From Candidatus Methylomirabilota bacterium (GTDB taxonomy: Bacteria > Methylomirabilota > Methylomirabilia > Rokubacteriales > CSP1-6): DNA of 21,898 nt. The stretch covers positions 1 through 21,898 of the forward strand of contig JBKPAK010000244.1 in the NCBI GenBank assembly GCA_046726415.1, read 5' to 3'. Of the stretch, positions 8,441 through 16,963 are shown in pieces; positions within the stretch are counted from its first letter, which is position 1, and each line of letters opens with the position of its first letter. Under the pieces are notes generated by a model. It did no database searches. It saw only the letters and a program-made list of their open reading frames with translations, and was not told the origin of the DNA. Position numbers and translations under genes: made by a program.

Positions 8441-9208
8441 TCAGGCCGAAGGATTGGCCGGGGGCCTCGGGCGTCTGGCGCGGCGCCCGAGAAAGGCCTG
8501 CAGGCGGACCTGGGCCTCCGCCGTGTGCAACGCGGTGGCGTATGCCTCCGGCTCCCGCCCGTGGCGCCCGGCGCGGATGTCGGTCACGATGTGCTTGGTG
8601 GAGATCAGCCCCGCGCGTGGCGACCGGGCGATCTCCATCGCCCAGGCGGCGGCTGTCTCCTGGAGGGTTGGAGCGGCGACCACCCGGTTGATGAGCCCCA
8701 GGCGGAGCGCCTCCGGCGCCCGCACGGTGCGCCCCGTGAGGAGTAGGTCGCGCGCCACCCCGGCGCCCACGATATCCAGAAGGCGGGCGATCCCGTAAGC
8801 GGGATTGAAACCGAGCGTCACCTCGGGCAGGCCCATGCGCACGCGGTCGGAGGCGATCCGGAGGTCCTGAGCGAGGGCGAGCATGCAACCGCCGCCCAGG
8901 GCGTATCCGTCCACCGCGGCGACGGTCACTTGTGGGAGCCGGCTGAAGTGTTCCATCAGCGCGGCCTGGCTTGTCGCCAGCGCCCGGGCCTCGTCGCCGG
9001 AGAGCGCCGCCATCTCGGTGATGTCATTGCCCGCGCAGAACGCCCGTCCCCGCCCGGAGACGATCAAAACACGCACGTCCTCGCGGGCGGCGACATCGTC
9101 GAGGATCTGGTCGAGTGCTTCGGTGAGCGGGCGGTTGAGCGCGTTGAGCGCCTGCGGTCGATTGAGGTACAGCCAGGCGACGCCATCGCGCGCTTCGAGG
9201 TCGATCAC
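8441..9208 (-). CDS. Enoyl-CoA hydratase/isomerase (crotonase) family protein
   Basis: LNRPQALNALN, GRAFCAGNDI, AVDGYALGGG, DLRIAS, MGLPEVTLG. Confidence 0.93.
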   Translation of the reverse strand: MIDLEARDGVAWLYLNRPQALNALNRPLTEALDQILDDVAAREDVRVLIVSGRGRAFCAGNDITEMAALSGDEARALATSQAALMEHFSRLPQVTVAAVDGYALGGGCMLALAQDLRIASDRVRMGLPEVTLGFNPAYGIARLLDIVGAGVARDLLLTGRTVRAPEALRLGLINRVVAAPTLQETAAAWAMEIARSPRAGLISTKHIVTDIRAGRHGREPEAYATALHTAEAQVRLQAFLGRRARRPRPPANPSA

Positions 9209-9252
9209 GACGAGGGGAAACCGATCACCATACCCACCGATCGATCACGACG
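9201..9252 (-). repeat. Triplicated junction (20-bp period) encoding two coupled 7-aa mini-ORFs
   Basis: GTGATCG begins at 9248, 9228 and 9208. The outer copies share 12 bp (CGTCGTGATCGA). Mini-ORFs are 9248-9225 MIDRWVW* and 9228-9205 MIGFPSS*. Confidence 0.8.
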
Positions 9253-10195
9253 TTCGACCGCGACCCGCACGATGTCGGACGAGGGCGGCGATCGCGAGCG
9301 CGGTCCCGGCCACGGCCGCGCCGGCGGCCGCCGCGCGCCAGAAGTTCGTTCGAAAGAACGGCATCAGCGTATAGGGCGAGCGCCGTGCGGAGGCGCTGAG
9401 GTGTCCGTCGAGGAGGCCATTGACCAGATCCAGGCTGGCGCCCATGAGGGCCTCGGTGGTGGCCTTGGCGAAATCGACGTCGGCCAGGGCGGGATGGCCC
9501 ACGTAGCCCTGGCCGCCGTCCCGCAGCGGATAGTTCGGTCGGAGCTTGGCGGGCATGGAGTACGTGGCCGCCGGCAGGTGGCGATACTGCTCGTCGACCA
9601 GCTCGGGTCGGAGCATCAGCATCATCGAGGTCTCCCACCAGCCGCCGTGCGCGTCCTCGGCGAAGGCGCGGCGCTCGCCATCGGTCAACGGCCGCCCGAG
9701 GGTGCGCGCGACGTCGTCGAGAAAGCGGCCGTTGCGGAAACCCCAGGCGAGATGACCACTCAGCGAAGCCATCGTGACGCCATAGCGGCGCGACACGATG
9801 GCGGCCGCCTCGTCGAGCGCGGTGAGGTGGGTTGGCCCGGCGTGGCCATTGGCAATGAGGAGATGGCGAAAGCCGGCTCGGGCGAGCGACGCTCCGTAGT
9901 CGACCAGGATATCGCGCACCACGCGTTGCCGGACCGTCACCGTCCCCACGCCCTCGAAGGTGAAGGAGCCAAGGTAGAGGGTGGGGGCGAGCACGGCACT
10001 CCAGCCGGGCCGCTCCGAAACCACCCGACTCGCGATCGACTCTGCGAAGTATCGCGCGGTGAAGGCGTCCACGCCCAAGGGCAGGTGAGGCCCGTGCTGC
10101 TCGAGCGGGCTCGCGGTGAGGACCACCAAGGTGCGCGCGCGGTCCAGCGCGGCGAGCGCGGGCATCGACATCTCTTCGAGGCGATGGACGCTCAG
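9245..10195 (-). CDS. Creatininase/creatinine amidohydrolase family protein with a C-terminal hydrophobic tail
   Basis: Metal-ligand motifs LEQHGPHLPLGVD, ANGHAG, DAHGGWWETS. Probable CTG start at 10195 (GGAGGAG upstream, gives SVHRLEEMS); alternative ATG 10171. Confidence 0.88.
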   Translation of the reverse strand: MSVHRLEEMSMPALAALDRARTLVVLTASPLEQHGPHLPLGVDAFTARYFAESIASRVVSERPGWSAVLAPTLYLGSFTFEGVGTVTVRQRVVRDILVDYGASLARAGFRHLLIANGHAGPTHLTALDEAAAIVSRRYGVTMASLSGHLAWGFRNGRFLDDVARTLGRPLTDGERRAFAEDAHGGWWETSMMLMLRPELVDEQYRHLPAATYSMPAKLRPNYPLRDGGQGYVGHPALADVDFAKATTEALMGASLDLVNGLLDGHLSASARRSPYTLMPFFRTNFWRAAAAGAAVAGTALAIAALVRHRAGRGRTS

Positions 10196-10263
10196 AATCT
10201 CCTCCGATCTTCGCGGCGATGGACGCTCAGACGCTGCTCCTCTCTTCGGCGATCGACGCTCAA
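10172..10263 (-). repeat. Triplicated junction (33/35-bp period) encoding a 23-aa bridging mini-ORF
   Basis: Copies are TTGAGCGTCGATCGCC-GAAGA, CTGAGCGTCCATCGCCGCGAAGA and CTGAGCGTCCATCGCCTCGAAGA, starting at 10263, 10230 and 10195. The ORF is 10263-10192. Confidence 0.85.
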
Positions 10264-11642
10264 AAGGTGCTCCCCTTCGTGGCGGTGAGGTACTCGCCCT
10301 TGGCGCGCTCCAGCTCGGCCATCAGCGCCTCTCGCTCGGCGACCAATTGCTGGGCGGCCGCGCCGTGGTGCAGCGCGAGCACGCCGAGACGGATCTGGTT
10401 CCACAGGCGGCCCGCGCCAACGAGATAGCGAGAGGCCAGGAGGCCGCTCAGCGGCAGGGTCAGGGCGAACAGAGGAGCCCACTGCACCCCCCACACGCGC
10501 GACACCACCCAGATCTCAAGGCCCCAGAATACCGGATAGGCGACGATACTGGCCAGAAACCGCGTGGTCGCGTAGTCCGTCTCCTTGCGGGCGGTGCGTC
10601 GCGCCAGCCAGCGGGGCACGTAGAACGGCAGGGCATTGACGAGGAAGCCGTAGGCGAAGACGGGAAAGCCGAGGATGATCTCCCATCCGGTCGAGATTGG
10701 GCGAGGGAGGCGGGAACGCCTGATGTGCGACCGCACGGCCTCGTCGCGCACACGGTGTTCAGCTAGGAGGGCCCGATAGCCCTGGATGTGTTGCCAAATT
10801 CGCTCCACGCGTTCGGGCTCTCGGGTTCGGAAATAGTTGGCGGCATCGACGATCGAATGGGAGAGACGCAGCATGTCGACCTGCGGTTCCGACAGGCCGC
10901 GCTCCTCGCGCAGCTCACGCACCAGCTCGTCGCGGTAGAGCTGCTCCACCGCCTGGACGAGGGCCGCGGCGTCGATGCGATCGACGTGAACCACCTGCGC
11001 TTCCATGCCCCACTGAATGGCGGTGGTCAACGCGGCCACGGCCTCGGTCGCATCCCGCTGGTAGGCATCGAGGTGCGGATGCACGGCAATGGGCGGGCCG
11101 AAGGAGACGAGCACACGGCCGCGGAATGACTTGCGCGCCTCGAAGGTAAGACCCACGGGCACGAGGGCGAGCACGTGGGGTCGCTGGGCTTCGCAGGCCA
11201 GGGCGATGCGCGCGGCCCCGGTCTTGATGCGCTGCACGCGCTTTTCTGCGTGCGTGGTCCCCTCCGGATAGATGGCCACCACACGGCCGGCGGCGAGCGT
11301 GGCCTGGGTGGCGGCGAAGGCGTCGATGTTGCGGTCCATCTTGTCGGGCTCATCCTGCCTCCGGTACACGGGAATCGCGCCGGCCGCCCGCAGGAACCGG
11401 GCCATCAGCGGATTGCGGAAGAGGGTGGCGGCGGCCATGTAGTGGACCTTGCGCCGCAGGACGGCGGCGATCAGCAGTGAATCGATGAGGTTGTTGGGAT
11501 GGTTGATGCACAGGAGCACCGGCCCAGCCGTGGGCATACGCTCGAGATGACCCACGTCGACGCGCTTAAAGAAGAACCAGAGCCAGAAGCGCGCGATCGC
11601 GCGCAGGACGCGGTAGAAGGGATCCGTCGTCTCCGGCGGCAT
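10260..11642 (-). CDS. Glycerophospholipid (PlsC/LPLAT superfamily) acyltransferase with C-terminal transmembrane segments
   Basis: NHPNNLID (HX4D), GAIPVYR, IYPEGTTH, KTGAARIAL, and hydrophobic C-terminal helices. Confidence 0.92.
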   Translation of the reverse strand: MPPETTDPFYRVLRAIARFWLWFFFKRVDVGHLERMPTAGPVLLCINHPNNLIDSLLIAAVLRRKVHYMAAATLFRNPLMARFLRAAGAIPVYRRQDEPDKMDRNIDAFAATQATLAAGRVVAIYPEGTTHAEKRVQRIKTGAARIALACEAQRPHVLALVPVGLTFEARKSFRGRVLVSFGPPIAVHPHLDAYQRDATEAVAALTTAIQWGMEAQVVHVDRIDAAALVQAVEQLYRDELVRELREERGLSEPQVDMLRLSHSIVDAANYFRTREPERVERIWQHIQGYRALLAEHRVRDEAVRSHIRRSRLPRPISTGWEIILGFPVFAYGFLVNALPFYVPRWLARRTARKETDYATTRFLASIVAYPVFWGLEIWVVSRVWGVQWAPLFALTLPLSGLLASRYLVGAGRLWNQIRLGVLALHHGAAAQQLVAEREALMAELERAKGEYLTATKGSTF

Positions 11643-11876
11643 GGCTGACCTCGAGCCCCTCGTCGGACGCCGCCTCAGGCTGGCTCTCGACGGGCCCGCA
11701 CCGAGTGTACCGTCTCCCGCTCCCCCGTGGGTGCGCGCAGATCCTCCTTGGAGTCACCTCGGCCGATGTCCTCTCCGTCATCCTTCATCTCAGAGGAGAG
11801 TCAATGGCCGGCGTCGCTGGCAGGCACCTCCCTCGATGTGAGGTCCGGGGGGCGTGCGGTGGTGGGACGTCGCGGC

Positions 11877-12443
11877 TCAGGCGCGCGGGTGGGACTCGGA
11901 GCGCGCATGGCGGCGGATCAGCGCGTCGAAGTCGTCGGAGGGGAGGGCGTGGGCCCACTCGACGGCCTCTGCCTCCTCGCCGTACAGTTCTTGAAGCCAC
12001 GCCACGGCCTCGGACTTCGCGCGGAAGAGCCGCCAGAGATGTCCGACCAGGGTCCCGGGCCGCCGAAGGTGAAACGTCGGGTCCGCGGCAGACTGCGGCT
12101 GGTAGCTGTTGCGCTCGCCGAAGCGATCGAGGGTGTTCCAGGCCACCGCGATGGCGTGCCCGGAGAGCACCCGCGCCTTCAGCGACTCCTCACGCGGGAG
12201 CGCATTGACATCGCAGAGCTTGGGGCCGTAGTAGATCGGTACGCTGGAGGCCGGAAGCGATATTTCCGCGCCGATGGGCGAACCGCCGGCGGCGTCGAGC
12301 AGCGCCTTGGAGTCCGCGCCGACCCAGAAGCCGACGCCCTTCGCGTCCGGCCACGCCTCCACTACCGCTCCCTTGAGCACGCGCGCCCGACGCCGCGCGA
12401 TCTCGTCGCCCGAGGCGAGGAGGTAGAGGCGCCTTTCGCTCAC
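11877..12443 (-). CDS. Hypothetical protein (188 aa), last gene of the citrate synthase-aconitase-prpF operon
   Basis: GTG 12443 overlaps the prpF stop (GTGA). Globular composition and GC3-rich codons; no family recognised. Confidence 0.8.
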   Translation of the reverse strand: MSERRLYLLASGDEIARRRARVLKGAVVEAWPDAKGVGFWVGADSKALLDAAGGSPIGAEISLPASSVPIYYGPKLCDVNALPREESLKARVLSGHAIAVAWNTLDRFGERNSYQPQSAADPTFHLRRPGTLVGHLWRLFRAKSEAVAWLQELYGEEAEAVEWAHALPSDDFDALIRRHARSESHPRA

Positions 12444-13537
12444 GGCACCCGGACGAACCCTTCCATGAGCCGGCGGGCCGTGCGGTACACCGTCACGTGC
12501 TCGGCCCACGGCGCGCCGTCGCGCGTCTTCACGGCAGCCGCGACGGGCAGCACGCCGGAGGGATGGCCCAGGCGGAGGTCACCAGTCGCGGACCCCGCGC
12601 ATTCGTGCACGACCGTCCCGTCGATGCGGGCGGCCACGGCCAGGCACATCGCCGCGGTCAGGGCGAACGCTCGATGGCAGTTGCCCATCGAGATGACGCG
12701 GGCCACCACGTCGGCGGCGTCCGCCTCGTACACCTGCCCATCGAGACCGTCAAAGGCAGTAGGCGGCGCCACCACAGCGACCTTCGGGACGGCGGTGCTG
12801 CCGGGTATCCCCATGCGCTCTCCGGCCTCCAGGCGGATGGCCTCGAGCTTCGCGCTCACCGTGCGATTGGCGTCGACGGCTTCCGGTCGCTCGATGCCGC
12901 TGAGCCCGAGGTCCTGCGCGCGCACGAATACCATCGCATTGGTGGCGTCGACCATCGAGGCTTCCACGCCGCCAATCACCTCGCGCGCGGCCCCGCTCGG
13001 CAGGAGCCGCCCCGTGCCGGCCCCGCCCGGATCGAGAAAATCCAGGGCGATCCGCGCGCCGCGCCCGCGGACCCCGGCGAGCTCGAAGTCCCCCTCCACC
13101 GCGGCTTCGCCGTCCTTCACGGGCACGTGGGCGACGATGATCTTTTGCGTGTTCGTGTTGTGGATGCGGACGATCATCTCGTCCCCCGTCGCCTTCACAA
13201 GTCCTTCATCGATGGCGAAGGGGCCGACCGCGGAAGAGCAGTTGCCGCAGTTGCCCCGGTAGTCCACTGCGGGAACACGCACCTCGACCTGGGCAAACGT
13301 GTAGTCGACGTCTGCCTCCGGGTGCGTTGCCGGACCGATGATGCAGGCCTTCGAGAGCGAGGAGATCCCGCCGCCGAGCCCATCGAGCTGGCGCCCGTAG
13401 GGGTCCGGGCTTCCCAGGGCGGTCAGGAGGATGCGGTCGCGAGGGGGCCCCGCGTGGGGCAGATCCTCATCGTGGAAGACCAGGCACCGGCTGGTGCCGC
13501 CCCGCATGAACACCGCGCGAATTCGGCGTTGGCTCAT
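12440..13537 (-). CDS. prpF: PrpF family isomerase (2-methylaconitate cis-trans isomerase / oxalomesaconate tautomerase family)
   Basis: MRGGTSR, GSPDPYGRQLDGLGGG.SSLSK, VDYTFAQV, GNCGNCSSAVGPFA, ISMGNCH, HPSG, YRTARRLMEG. Confidence 0.92.
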   Translation of the reverse strand: MSQRRIRAVFMRGGTSRCLVFHDEDLPHAGPPRDRILLTALGSPDPYGRQLDGLGGGISSLSKACIIGPATHPEADVDYTFAQVEVRVPAVDYRGNCGNCSSAVGPFAIDEGLVKATGDEMIVRIHNTNTQKIIVAHVPVKDGEAAVEGDFELAGVRGRGARIALDFLDPGGAGTGRLLPSGAAREVIGGVEASMVDATNAMVFVRAQDLGLSGIERPEAVDANRTVSAKLEAIRLEAGERMGIPGSTAVPKVAVVAPPTAFDGLDGQVYEADAADVVARVISMGNCHRAFALTAAMCLAVAARIDGTVVHECAGSATGDLRLGHPSGVLPVAAAVKTRDGAPWAEHVTVYRTARRLMEGFVRVP

Positions 13538-13581
13538 GGCGTGTCGCTCTCCTCGTCTTCGCTCCGAGAGGTCGCCGTCAC
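13534..13581 (-). other. MIRU-like intercistronic unit encoding a 15-aa bridging mini-ORF (MTATSRSEDEESDTP)
   Basis: Its GTG overlaps the aconitase TGA and its TGA overlaps the prpF ATG. CGCCRTGA occurs at both ends, with an internal GAGGAG. Confidence 0.65.
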
Positions 13582-15497
13582 GGCGATGCCCCCCGGGTGT
13601 GCGCGAGAAGGCCCCCGGCGAGGAGGATCTCCCGCTCGCGCGGCGTCAACACGCACGAGGCCGTGAAACGAGCGCCGCTCCGATGGTTGGTGACCGCCAT
13701 CCTCGTCCCCGAGGTGAGCGCGGGGCGCAGCCCGTCGATCCGAAGCCGATCGTCGCGCTCGATGCCGTCCCAGGCGGTCGGGTCATCGAACACGAGCGGG
13801 ACGAGACCCCAGTTGATGAGGTTGGCGCGGTGGATCCGTGCGAACGACTTGGCGATGACAGCGCGTACCCCGAGGTGCATGGGGCCGACCGCCGCCGCCT
13901 CCCGAGACGAACCCTGCCCGTAGTGCTCGCCGCCCACGATGATGCCGCGTCCGGCGGCCTTGGCCCGCGCGGCGAACTCCGCGTCCACGTTCCGAAAGCA
14001 GAACTCCGCGATGGCGGGAACGTTCGAGCGGAAAACGAGGACGGCCGAGCCTGAGGGCGAGATGTCGTCTGTGGATACCTTGTCGCCGAGCTTCAGCAGG
14101 ACCGGCGCCTCCAGCATCTCCGCTACCGGCTCGCCGAGCGGCACCGGCTTGATATTGGGCCCGCGCACCACCTCGCCCTCGCCGTCCGGCATAACGAAGC
14201 CGGCCTCCGAACTGGCGAAGCGCGGCGGCAAGGCGATCGACGGGTGAGGACCGAGCGTCCGTGGATCCGTGATGACCCCGGTCAGCGCCGAAGCCGCCGC
14301 CACGACGGACGAGCAGAGATAGACCTCGTCGTCCTTGACGCCGCTCCGTCCCGAGAAATTCCGGTTGAAGGCGCGGAGACTCTTGACTCCGGCGGCGGGG
14401 ACGTGACCGATGCCTGCGCAGGCGCCGCACGTGGACTCAGACACCGTGGCGCCGGCTGCCAGGAGGTCGGTGAGGAGCCCCTCGCGGGCCATGGTCTCGA
14501 GGATTCGATGGCTGCCCGGGAACAGCACGAAGGACACCGAAGAATGGACGCGGCGGCCTCGCAATACTTCGGTCACCGAGGCCATGTCATGCCACGATCC
14601 GTTAGTGCACGAGCCGACCATGACCTGCTCCACCGGCGTTCCCGCGACATCCTCGACGGGCACCACGCGGTCGGGCGACCCCGGGAGCGCCACCAGCGGT
14701 TGAATCGTCCCGAGATCGAGCTCGATCTGGTCATCGTACGTCGCGTCGTCGTCGGGTGCCGCGGGCCGCCAGTCGTCGCCGCGGCCCAGCCGGGTCAGGA
14801 ATGAGCGGGTGACCTCGTCGCTCGGAAAGACGCTGGTGGTCAAGGTCAGCTCGGCGCCCATGTTGGCGATGGTCATGCGCTGCGCCGCGAGCAGGCTCCC
14901 CAGGCCGGGGCCGCCGTACTCGAAGATCTTGCCGCTACCGCCGCGCACGCTGAGCTGCCGAAGCAGTTCCAGGATCACGTCCTTGGCCGTGACCCAAGGC
15001 GACAGCGCCCCGGTCAGCCACACGCGGACCACGGCGGGCATGGTGAAGAAGTACGGCCCACCTCCCAGGGCTACCGCGACGTCGAGACCGCCGGCGCCCA
15101 GCGCCAGCATGCCGGCCGCGCCGCACAGGGGCGTGTGACTGTCGGTGCCGAGCAAGGTCTGGCCGGGAACGGCGAAGCTCTCCATGTGCACCTGGTGGCA
15201 GATTCCGTTGCCGAGCTTGGAGAAGATCGCACCGAACCGCCGCGCCGCCGTCTGCATGTACCGATGGTCGTCCGAGTTACGCGAGTCGACCTGGTAGACG
15301 TTATGGTCGACGTAGGCCACCACGCGCGACGGCGTCACCCGGGTGAGCCCCATGGCCTCGAACTGCAGAAGGGCCATGGTGCCGTTGGTATCGGTGAGGA
15401 GCACCTGGTCGGGCTTGACGCCGACCTCGTCCCCCACCACGGGCTTGCCCGCGACGAGGTTGGACTCGATCAGCTTGCGCGTGAGGCTCCGGCCCAT
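13578..15497 (-). CDS. Aconitate hydratase family [4Fe-4S] hydro-lyase, compact single-chain (Aquifex-type-like) form
   Basis: 639 aa. YVDHN, GNGICHQVH, GTDSHT, GSCTNGS, CGACAG, FNRNF.GR, STDDISP, YGQGSSRE, SFARIH..NL.N.G. Confidence 0.92.
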   Translation of the reverse strand: MGRSLTRKLIESNLVAGKPVVGDEVGVKPDQVLLTDTNGTMALLQFEAMGLTRVTPSRVVAYVDHNVYQVDSRNSDDHRYMQTAARRFGAIFSKLGNGICHQVHMESFAVPGQTLLGTDSHTPLCGAAGMLALGAGGLDVAVALGGGPYFFTMPAVVRVWLTGALSPWVTAKDVILELLRQLSVRGGSGKIFEYGGPGLGSLLAAQRMTIANMGAELTLTTSVFPSDEVTRSFLTRLGRGDDWRPAAPDDDATYDDQIELDLGTIQPLVALPGSPDRVVPVEDVAGTPVEQVMVGSCTNGSWHDMASVTEVLRGRRVHSSVSFVLFPGSHRILETMAREGLLTDLLAAGATVSESTCGACAGIGHVPAAGVKSLRAFNRNFSGRSGVKDDEVYLCSSVVAAASALTGVITDPRTLGPHPSIALPPRFASSEAGFVMPDGEGEVVRGPNIKPVPLGEPVAEMLEAPVLLKLGDKVSTDDISPSGSAVLVFRSNVPAIAEFCFRNVDAEFAARAKAAGRGIIVGGEHYGQGSSREAAAVGPMHLGVRAVIAKSFARIHRANLINWGLVPLVFDDPTAWDGIERDDRLRIDGLRPALTSGTRMAVTNHRSGARFTASCVLTPREREILLAGGLLAHTRGASP

Positions 15498-15500
15498 CGC

Positions 15501-16631
15501 TCAGCGACCCTCGCGCGGCACCCAGGGGCGCGCCTTCGGTCCCACATACTCGGCCCGGGGCCGGATCAGGCGATTGTCGTCGTGCTGCTCGATGATGTTG
15601 GCCGTCCAGCCGGCGATGCGTCCAGCCGCGATGACTGGCGTGAAGAGGTCGACGGGAATTCCGAGCGAGTAGAAGAGGGGGGCGGAGTAGAAGTCCACGT
15701 TGGGGATGAGCCCCTTGGCCTTTCCGATCCGCTCGTGCAGCGCGCAGGCCATCTCGTACCACTTGAACTGGCCGGACTGCCGACAGGCCTCCTCCGCCAT
15801 GCCCTTGAGGATGGCCGCGCGCGGATCGCCTGCACGATACACGCGGTGACCGAAGCCCATCAGACGCCGCTTCGCGGCCAGGGCCCGCTCGGCGAAACTA
15901 TCGACGTTGGCCACCTCGCCGATCTCCATGAGCGTGCGCATCACGGCCTCACCGGCCCCGCCGTGGAGCGGGCCCTTGAGGGCGCCCACGCCGCCGGCCA
16001 CCGCGGAGTGCATGTCTGACTCGGTCGACGCGATGACGCGCGCAGTGGTCGTGGAGGCGTTGAGCTCGTGCTCGGCGTAGAGAGTCAGGCTCGCGTCGAA
16101 AGCCTTCACCGTCACCGCCGGGGGACGCGCGCCCGTCAGCATGTAGAGAAAGTTGGCGGCGTGGCTGAGATCGGGGGCCGGCGACACCGGCGCCTGGCCT
16201 CCGCGGACTCGATGGTGCGCACAGATTGCCGTAGCCATCTGACTCGTCAGCCGAACGGCCTTGCGGAGGTTTGCGGCGTGCGAGTTGTCGGTGGCGTCCG
16301 GGTCATGCATGCCCAGCATAGCCACCGCCGCCTGCAGCACGCGCATGGGATCGGTGTCCCGGGGCATCAGCGCGAAGGCCTGAGGGAGAGCGGACGGGAT
16401 CTCGCGGGCGGCGATCAGCTCCGTGGTGATCCGGTCGAGCTGGGCGGCCCTGGGCAACTCCCCGTGCCAGAGCAGGTAGCAGACCTCCTCGAACGTGGCC
16501 TTGCGGGCGAGATCGTCAATGTTGTAGCCCCCATAGGCCAGACGTGCGTTGGCGCCGTCGAGATCGCAGAGCTTCGTCTCGGCGGCGACCACCCCCTCGA
16601 GCCCGCGGATGAGCTGGGATCCTTCGGCCAT
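15501..16631 (-). CDS. Citrate synthase / 2-methylcitrate synthase (short, PrpC-like)
   Basis: RGLEGV, EHELNAST, GPLHGGA, MGFGHRVY, DPRA, PNVDFY, R.IRP. ATG 16631 with SD GAGAGG; 376 aa. Confidence 0.95.
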   Translation of the reverse strand: MAEGSQLIRGLEGVVAAETKLCDLDGANARLAYGGYNIDDLARKATFEEVCYLLWHGELPRAAQLDRITTELIAAREIPSALPQAFALMPRDTDPMRVLQAAVAMLGMHDPDATDNSHAANLRKAVRLTSQMATAICAHHRVRGGQAPVSPAPDLSHAANFLYMLTGARPPAVTVKAFDASLTLYAEHELNASTTTARVIASTESDMHSAVAGGVGALKGPLHGGAGEAVMRTLMEIGEVANVDSFAERALAAKRRLMGFGHRVYRAGDPRAAILKGMAEEACRQSGQFKWYEMACALHERIGKAKGLIPNVDFYSAPLFYSLGIPVDLFTPVIAAGRIAGWTANIIEQHDDNRLIRPRAEYVGPKARPWVPREGR

Positions 16632-16715
16632 GGCTGGTCCTCTCGGCCTCTTCGACGTCCACTCCATCGTCGAGTCGGGCACTCGGATATGCGGCGTCGT
16701 GCTCACCGCGCTACG

Positions 16716-16744
16716 ACCGTATACCGGCCCCTGCCTCGCTGCAA
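16716..16744 (-). promoter_or_regulatory. Putative sigma70 promoter of the citrate synthase operon
   Basis: TTGCAG-N17-TACGGT on the minus strand. Confidence 0.45.
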
Positions 16745-16963
16745 GTTCGCGCACGATCGCAGACCGGACGCGGCGCCTGCTCAAGGAGGGCCCGGCCTAC
16801 CTCCACGAGGATGGCCGGCCGCCGACTGGTTTGCCGTCAGAGTGCCCGTTATCGTCAGCGTCGTGGCGACCAGCTTCGTCGGACGAGCGCAAGCCACCGG
16901 CAGCCGCTATCCTAAAGACTGGCGTCAGTCGCGACGTTCCGGATATCCGAAGGGAGGGGAGCC

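Noticed and set aside
9245-10195. Mycofactocin system (MftE with SDR/LLM partners)
   Set aside because: No MftA precursor, MftB, radical SAM MftC, MftD or glycosyltransferase is in the window.
11643-11876. Small ORF or ncRNA in the 234-bp gap
   Set aside because: Only short ORFs without protein-like character and no recognisable RNA motif. A lone TACACT box lacks a matching -35.
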